Position numbers and translations under genes: made by a program
Assembly (NCBI GenBank): GCA_963823035.1
Contig: CAWGKG010000014.1
Span: forward strand, 480,001 to 544,000
Direction: 5' to 3'
Source of the DNA: an uncultured Gemmatimonadales bacterium
Lineage (GTDB): Bacteria; Gemmatimonadota; Gemmatimonadetes; Longimicrobiales; Gaopeijiaceae
Length of the DNA stretch: 64,000 nt
Shown here: piece after piece, positions 62,674-64,000 of the stretch
Layout of the letters: every line of letters starts with the position of its first letter
Position numbering within the stretch: position 1 is the first letter of the stretch
Notes under the pieces: model-generated
The model's input: only the letters and a program-made list of their open reading frames with translations
What the model was told of the DNA's origin: nothing
The model's database searches: none

Positions 62674-63987
62674 CTACGGAGCTCCGAAGTGCGTCTCGAT
62701 CTCGACCCCTGAGGCGCGGAGGAACGCGGTCGGAAGCTCGCCCCCGATGAAGACGAAGACCTGATCGGCCGGGATCTCCAGGTCGCTGCCCTGCTCGCGC
62801 GCCAGAACGACCCGGCCCCGCCCGATCTCCGAGGGCCTGGTGTTCCAGAGGATCTCGATCTCCCGACGCGACACCGCCGACTCCACCCGCTCGTGGTTGC
62901 CGGCCTTGATCCGTGAGAAGGCATGGCCGCGGTAGGACATGCGCACCTCGTTGCCGGGCTGCTCGGCGAGCGCGAGCGCGGCCTCCACGGCCGAATCGCC
63001 TCCGCCCACCACGAGGATGCGATCCCCGGTGTAGGCCTCGGGCTCCCGCAGCGAATAGGAGACGCGCGGCGAGTCGTCCTCCCCGGGCACGCCCAGCTTC
63101 CGCGGCACGCCCCTCCGGCCGATCGCCAGGACGACCCGATGGGCCTCGAGCACGCCGCTGCCCGTGCGCACCCGGAAGTGGTACGGACCCACGCGATCGA
63201 CCGTGGTGACGGTCTCGCCGGTGCGGACCTGGAGGCCGGCCTTGGAGGCGATGTCCTCCCACAGGTCGATGAGCTCCTCCTTCTCGATGTCCCGCACCGG
63301 CAGCTTCCCGTATCCGGGGACCTTCACCGGGCGGGTCATGACCAGCTTCTTGCGCGGGTAGTGCCGCACGGTGCCCCCGAGATCCTCCTTCTCCACCGTC
63401 ACGAACCGCAGCCCCCTCGCGAGCGCGGTGAGCGAGGCCGACAGCCCCGCCGGTCCGCATCCGACCACCACGAGGTCGAGGAGGCCGTCCGGCCCACGAT
63501 CCGTCTCGGACGCGAGGCCCTCGACGCACTGCCGTCCCTGCTCGAAGGCGTTGGCCACCAGCCCCATCCCGCCGAGCTCGCCCACCACGTACAGCCCCGG
63601 GACGTTCGTCTCGAAGTTCCCCTTCACGCGCGGCAGGTCGACGCCGCGCTTCTGGGTCCCGAACACGAGCTGGATCGCGTCCATCGGGCAGGCGCGCTCG
63701 CACAGCCCGTGCCCGATGCAGCGGGCGGCCGTGACCGCCACGGCCTGGCCGTGGCGGATGCCCAGCACACCCTCCGGGCAGACGGTGACGCAGCTCGACG
63801 TCCCGATGCAGCCCTCGGGGTCCACGACCGGGTGCAACGACACCGGCTCGTGCAGCCCGTACCGGAGGGCTTCGAGGTGGGCTTCTTCGGTCGCCCGCTC
63901 CTTCCGCTTGAGGCGATAGACGACCGGAACGGTGAAGAGGACGGTGAGGAAGAGCGCGATACCCCAGATCAGGGCGGTGTCGCTCAT
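62674..63987 (-). CDS. Membrane-anchored ferredoxin + thioredoxin-reductase-like (YpdA-like) flavoprotein
   Basis: TM helix; CIGTSSCVTVCP, CIGHGLCERACP; ETNVPGLYVVGE, GCGPAG, GGGDSAVE. Confidence 0.85.
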   Translation of the reverse strand: MSDTALIWGIALFLTVLFTVPVVYRLKRKERATEEAHLEALRYGLHEPVSLHPVVDPEGCIGTSSCVTVCPEGVLGIRHGQAVAVTAARCIGHGLCERACPMDAIQLVFGTQKRGVDLPRVKGNFETNVPGLYVVGELGGMGLVANAFEQGRQCVEGLASETDRGPDGLLDLVVVGCGPAGLSASLTALARGLRFVTVEKEDLGGTVRHYPRKKLVMTRPVKVPGYGKLPVRDIEKEELIDLWEDIASKAGLQVRTGETVTTVDRVGPYHFRVRTGSGVLEAHRVVLAIGRRGVPRKLGVPGEDDSPRVSYSLREPEAYTGDRILVVGGGDSAVEAALALAEQPGNEVRMSYRGHAFSRIKAGNHERVESAVSRREIEILWNTRPSEIGRGRVVLAREQGSDLEIPADQVFVFIGGELPTAFLRASGVEIETHFGAP

Positions 63988-64000
63988 GGCTCAGAAGATC

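Overview
High-GC bacterial window. Its gene content (SusD-like protein, stand-alone TonB plug proteins, DUF5916, DUF2911, many lipoproteins) suggests Gemmatimonadota, which is an inference. Housekeeping genes include yebC-ruvC-ruvA without ruvB, kbl/tdh, TPP-riboswitch-thiC and trxA, alongside many secreted peptidases and a surface-glycosylation cluster. Accessory loci of note: (1) an acyl-CoA dehydrogenase / ~2,800-aa PfaA-like PKS (KS-AT-KS-ACPx3-KR-DH) / PPTase operon in which all three ACPs carry Thr instead of the canonical phosphopantetheinylated Ser; (2) a FecR/TPR protein coupled to a membrane CHASE2-TIR receptor; (3) a DUF6036-like nucleotidyltransferase pair with twin palindromic operators; (4) a DUF4876x2-TBDR-barrel uptake operon; (5) an AbrB/Doc module lying between thiC and a diverged second copy of the thiC 3' end. 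More than a dozen single-base frameshifts in otherwise intact genes are most likely assembly indel errors. All family assignments come from motif recognition by eye, not database searches.
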